DNA from: an uncultured Clostridia bacterium
GTDB taxonomy: Bacteria; Bacillota; Clostridia; Lachnospirales; Lachnospiraceae
Assembly: GCA_947178015.1 (NCBI GenBank)
Contig: CAMWWW010000001.1
Location: 1-40,245, forward strand
Direction: 5' to 3'
Length of the DNA stretch: 40,245 bases
In this document: piece by piece, positions 37,828 through 40,245 of the stretch
Layout of the letters: every line of letters starts with the position of its first letter
How positions within the stretch are numbered: position 1 is the stretch's first letter
Notes under the pieces: generated by a model
Databases searched by the model: none
What the model was told of the DNA's origin: nothing
What the model saw: the letters and a program-made list of their open reading frames with translations, nothing else
Program-made: the position numbers and the translations under genes

Positions 37828-38775
37828 ATGAATAAAAAAATAGTTCGACGAATTCTTTTTCCTATTGTTCTGGTTGTTATCATCCTTTTTCTTGGTCTAA
37901 ATTCCGTCTATACCATACGAGAACAAGAACAGGCTGTTCTGACCACCTTCGGCATTGCAAGCGCCGTGACAGACCCCGGACTACATTTTAAAATTCCCTT
38001 TATCCAAAATGTCAAAAAAATAAACACCACCATTCAGGGCTTTTCCATTGGCTACGATTCCAGCAATTCATCCAATGAATCCGAATCCTTGATGATCACC
38101 TCCGACTACAATTTTGTCAACGTAGATTTCTTTGTGGAGTATAAAGTAGCCGATCCGGTCAAAGCACTCTATGCCTCCGAAGAACCCGTATTAATTCTGA
38201 AAAATATAGCCCAAAGCTGCATACGAACCGTGATCGGCAGCTACGACGTCGACAGTGTCCTAACCACAGGAAAAAATGAAATTCAATCCGTAATACGAGA
38301 ACGAATCATCTCTCAGCTTAATCTGCACGACATCGGCATCCAGCTCGTCAATATCACCATTCAGGATTCCGAGCCGCCCACGGCTGAGGTAATGGAAGCA
38401 TTTAAGGCAGTTGAAACCGCCAAACAGGGAAAAGAAACCTCCATCAACAACGCCAACAAATATCGCAATGAAAAACTTCCTGAGGCGGAAGCGCAAGCAG
38501 ATCAGATTCTTCAAAACGCAGAAGCCGCCAAGGAACAGCGCATCAACGAAGCCAACGGACAAGTAGCACGATTCAATTCCATGTACGAAGAATATATTAA
38601 AAATCCGGTTGTCACCAAGCAGCGGATGTTTTATGAAGCGATGGAAGATATCCTTCCCTCACTGAAGGTCGTTATCAATGGTACAAACAGCACCATAGAC
38701 ACAATCCTTCCTCTGGAGCCTTTCTCCACAAGCACCAGCCCAGAAAGCTCTGTGCAGCAAGAAGACGCCGAGTAA
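37828..38775 (+). CDS. hflK: SPFH/band-7 protein HflK (FtsH modulator)
   Basis: 315 aa from MNKKIVRRILF, with one TM helix followed by an SPFH domain (YTIREQEQAVLTTFG...GLHFKIPFIQ). GAGGA precedes the ATG at 37828. It is paired with hflC. Confidence 0.85.
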   Translation: MNKKIVRRILFPIVLVVIILFLGLNSVYTIREQEQAVLTTFGIASAVTDPGLHFKIPFIQNVKKINTTIQGFSIGYDSSNSSNESESLMITSDYNFVNVDFFVEYKVADPVKALYASEEPVLILKNIAQSCIRTVIGSYDVDSVLTTGKNEIQSVIRERIISQLNLHDIGIQLVNITIQDSEPPTAEVMEAFKAVETAKQGKETSINNANKYRNEKLPEAEAQADQILQNAEAAKEQRINEANGQVARFNSMYEEYIKNPVVTKQRMFYEAMEDILPSLKVVINGTNSTIDTILPLEPFSTSTSPESSVQQEDAE

Positions 38776-38884
38776 AAACACCTTTTTCTCCTGCACGCCC
38801 CACCCATCGTCTCATATTTCTAGCAGGCTTATGCCAGCACAGCACCACAAGCTCATAACCTACACCACACAGAAGGAGGCTACT

Positions 38885-39754
38885 ATGAAAAAAATATTAT
38901 CCATATTTGTCGTTTTTGCTATAATCGCACTATTTCTTTTATCCACCTCTATTGTGATCACACAGGAAGATGAATATAAATTAATTCGTGAATTTGGAAA
39001 GGTCGACGCAGTGATCACAGAACCCGGCATCCACTTTATGGTTCCCTTTATTCAGAGCGCAGACACACTTCCAAAACAAATACTAATCTATGATCTAGCA
39101 TCCTCTGATGTTATTACCATGGACAAAAAAACTATGATCACAGACAGCTATGTACTTTGGAGAATTCACGATCCCCTACTATTCTCCCAAACACTCAACT
39201 CTTCCATAAGCAATGCCGAAAACAGGATCGACACGGTTGTTTACAACGCCATAAAAAATGTAATCAGCAGCATGTCACAAAATGATGTTATCAGCGGGAG
39301 AGACGGTGAATTAACAGACGCCATTATGAACAATATAGGCACTACCATGGAACAATACGGCATCTCACTGCTCACGGTGGAAACAAAACAGCTTGATCTG
39401 CCCTCAGACAATAAGGCTGCCGTATATGAGCGCATGATCTCAGAACGAGACAAGATTGCCGCCACCTACAGCGCCGAGGGAAACTCTGAAGCTCAGATTA
39501 TCCGCAATGCCACGGACAAAGAAATTAGCATTATGCTCTCCACCGCCAAGGCAGAAGCGGAGCGCATCATTGCAGAGGGCGAGGCGGAATATATGAGAAT
39601 ACTATCTCAGGCATATGCCGATCAATCCAGAACCGAATTTTACTCCTTTGTGCGGGCACTCGACGCGGCAAGACTGTCCCTAAGCGGAAAAAATAAAACC
39701 CTGATCCTCTCTCCCGACTCACCGATCGCCCAGATATTTAACGGCACTCCATAG
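38885..39754 (+). CDS. hflC: SPFH/band-7 protein HflC
   Basis: 289 aa from MKKILSIF, with one TM helix followed by an SPFH domain (ITQEDEYKLIREFGK...GIHFMVPFIQ). AAGGAGG precedes the ATG at 38885. Confidence 0.85.
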   Translation: MKKILSIFVVFAIIALFLLSTSIVITQEDEYKLIREFGKVDAVITEPGIHFMVPFIQSADTLPKQILIYDLASSDVITMDKKTMITDSYVLWRIHDPLLFSQTLNSSISNAENRIDTVVYNAIKNVISSMSQNDVISGRDGELTDAIMNNIGTTMEQYGISLLTVETKQLDLPSDNKAAVYERMISERDKIAATYSAEGNSEAQIIRNATDKEISIMLSTAKAEAERIIAEGEAEYMRILSQAYADQSRTEFYSFVRALDAARLSLSGKNKTLILSPDSPIAQIFNGTP

Positions 39755-39811
39755 TGGGTGTCTAATCAAGGGGATCACAAGGACCTGTACTTTTTAAAAT
39801 TTATTCATAAT

Positions 39812-39996
39812 ATAAGTTGTATAGTCATTTTCGGAAAAGGTCCGCATAGCCAGCGCAGCTATTTCCTCCGTCACCCCGCTCTCGCTTAGTGAAAAACGTA
39901 ACGGATGCTAAGCTCGTGAACTACCTCGCTAAGCACCAACGTTTTTCAATAGGTTCCTTGAGGAAAATAGCTGCGCTGGCTATGCTGCTTTTGTTG
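39812..39996 (+). repeat. Structured interspersed repeat, copy C (complete)
   Basis: The 5' flank occupies 39812-39843, the left arm 39844-39868 and the 92-nt core 39869-39960. The right arm at 39960-39985 is the reverse complement of the left arm with one extra A. A T-rich tail (tgcttttgttgg) follows. Confidence 0.85.
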
Positions 39997-40090
39997 GTAT
40001 TCTAAACACGTTTGTTTTTACTTGGCACTACCGTCTCCCACCGCGTCATAGTCCATTACAGTATTCTAAACGCGTTTGTTTTTTTACTTG
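39997..40090 (+). repeat. Two imperfect 28/30-bp direct repeats separated by 36 bp
   Basis: The repeats are gtattctaaacacgtttgtttttacttg (39997-40024) and gtattctaaacgcgtttgtttttttacttg (40061-40090). The second contains the perfect palindrome aaacgcgttt. Confidence 0.7.
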
Positions 40091-40199
40091 TTCTTGTAAT
40101 CTTATCTATATTATTGGATATAGTTTTGTTCTTTGGTTTTCTGATTCGCATATTATTAGATTAACTCTATAGAAGAAGAAAAACCGACGTACCTAACAC

Positions 40200-40245
40200 A
40201 ACAGAAAAAAACAGCGCAGAGAATCGCCTATAGTCCTCAAGGCAC
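40200..40245 (-). repeat. Structured interspersed repeat, partial copy cut by the window end (3' arm plus U-tract when read on the minus strand)
   Basis: 40214-40238 (gcgcagagaatcgcctatagtcctc) is the exact complement of arm 93-117. It is followed by aaggcac, the first bases of the core as at 2-8, and preceded by A7 (T7 on the minus strand). Confidence 0.8.

Noticed and set aside
39844-39985. Interpretation of the arm-core-arm elements as invertible promoter switches (invertons) or MITEs.
   Set aside because: Invertons and MITEs conserve the inverted repeats that the recombinase or transposase recognises. Here the arms diverge between copies while the core is conserved. No recombinase or transposase gene is present, and I could identify no target-site duplication. 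DNA-level function cannot be fully excluded.
39997-40090. CRISPR array call for the two 28-30-bp repeats with a 36-bp spacer.
   Set aside because: There are only two units and they are not identical. I found no third repeat and no cas genes in 40 kb. This is insufficient for a CRISPR call, so it is kept as a plain repeat.
1-40245. Reading the 8-nt terminal overlap as evidence for a circular plasmid or phage genome.
   Set aside because: There are no replication, partition, integrase, capsid or terminase genes. The content is core chromosomal (mreB, recD2, hflKC, spoIIID, flagellar genes). An assembly break at a hairpin repeat is the simpler explanation.

Overview
This is a 40.2-kb chromosomal segment, probably from a motile, spore-forming Firmicute. 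The Clostridia/Lachnospiraceae-like placement is inferred from gene content only. All protein calls rest on motifs I recognise in the ORF translations; no database search was possible. About 37 credible protein genes are present, most on the minus strand.

Gene content, left to right:
1. 0.2-10.9 kb: a cell-wall/exopolysaccharide locus. It holds an LCP ligase, a priming phosphoglycosyl transferase, three GT2 glycosyltransferases, a Wzx-like flippase, an SDR enzyme and a ThDP-dependent acetolactate-synthase-like enzyme.
2. 11.1-12.6 kb: a polytopic methyl-accepting chemotaxis protein (MCP).
3. 12.8-24.3 kb: a late flagellar block. It is colinear with the B. subtilis comF-yvyF-flgM-flgN-flgK-flgL-fliW-csrA-(hag)-flaG-fliD-fliS-fliT region. 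It differs in having two tandem flgK paralogues, an enlarged FlgL and no flagellin gene.
4. 24.3-27.2 kb: comFC and recD2.
5. 27.4-34.4 kb: a FlgJ-like rod-binding protein, flgG, an flgF-like gene, mreB/mbl, a PAS sensor with no output domain, a Cache-type MCP, and a divergent spoIIID with a sigma-E-type promoter.
6. 34.4-39.8 kb: a membrane protein, an FKBP/trigger-factor-like lipoprotein, a HIT protein, a degenerate ThyX-fold protein, and hflK-hflC.

I found no tRNA, rRNA, transposase, integrase, cas gene or recognisable canonical defence system.

The most unusual signal is non-coding. It is a family of roughly 185-nt elements at 1-170, 23598-23770, 39812-39996 and 40200-40245. Each has a conserved 92-nt core enclosed by a 25-bp stem. 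The stem sequence differs between copies but stays complementary within each copy. That pattern suggests a structured RNA or 3'-end element rather than a classical MITE or inverton.
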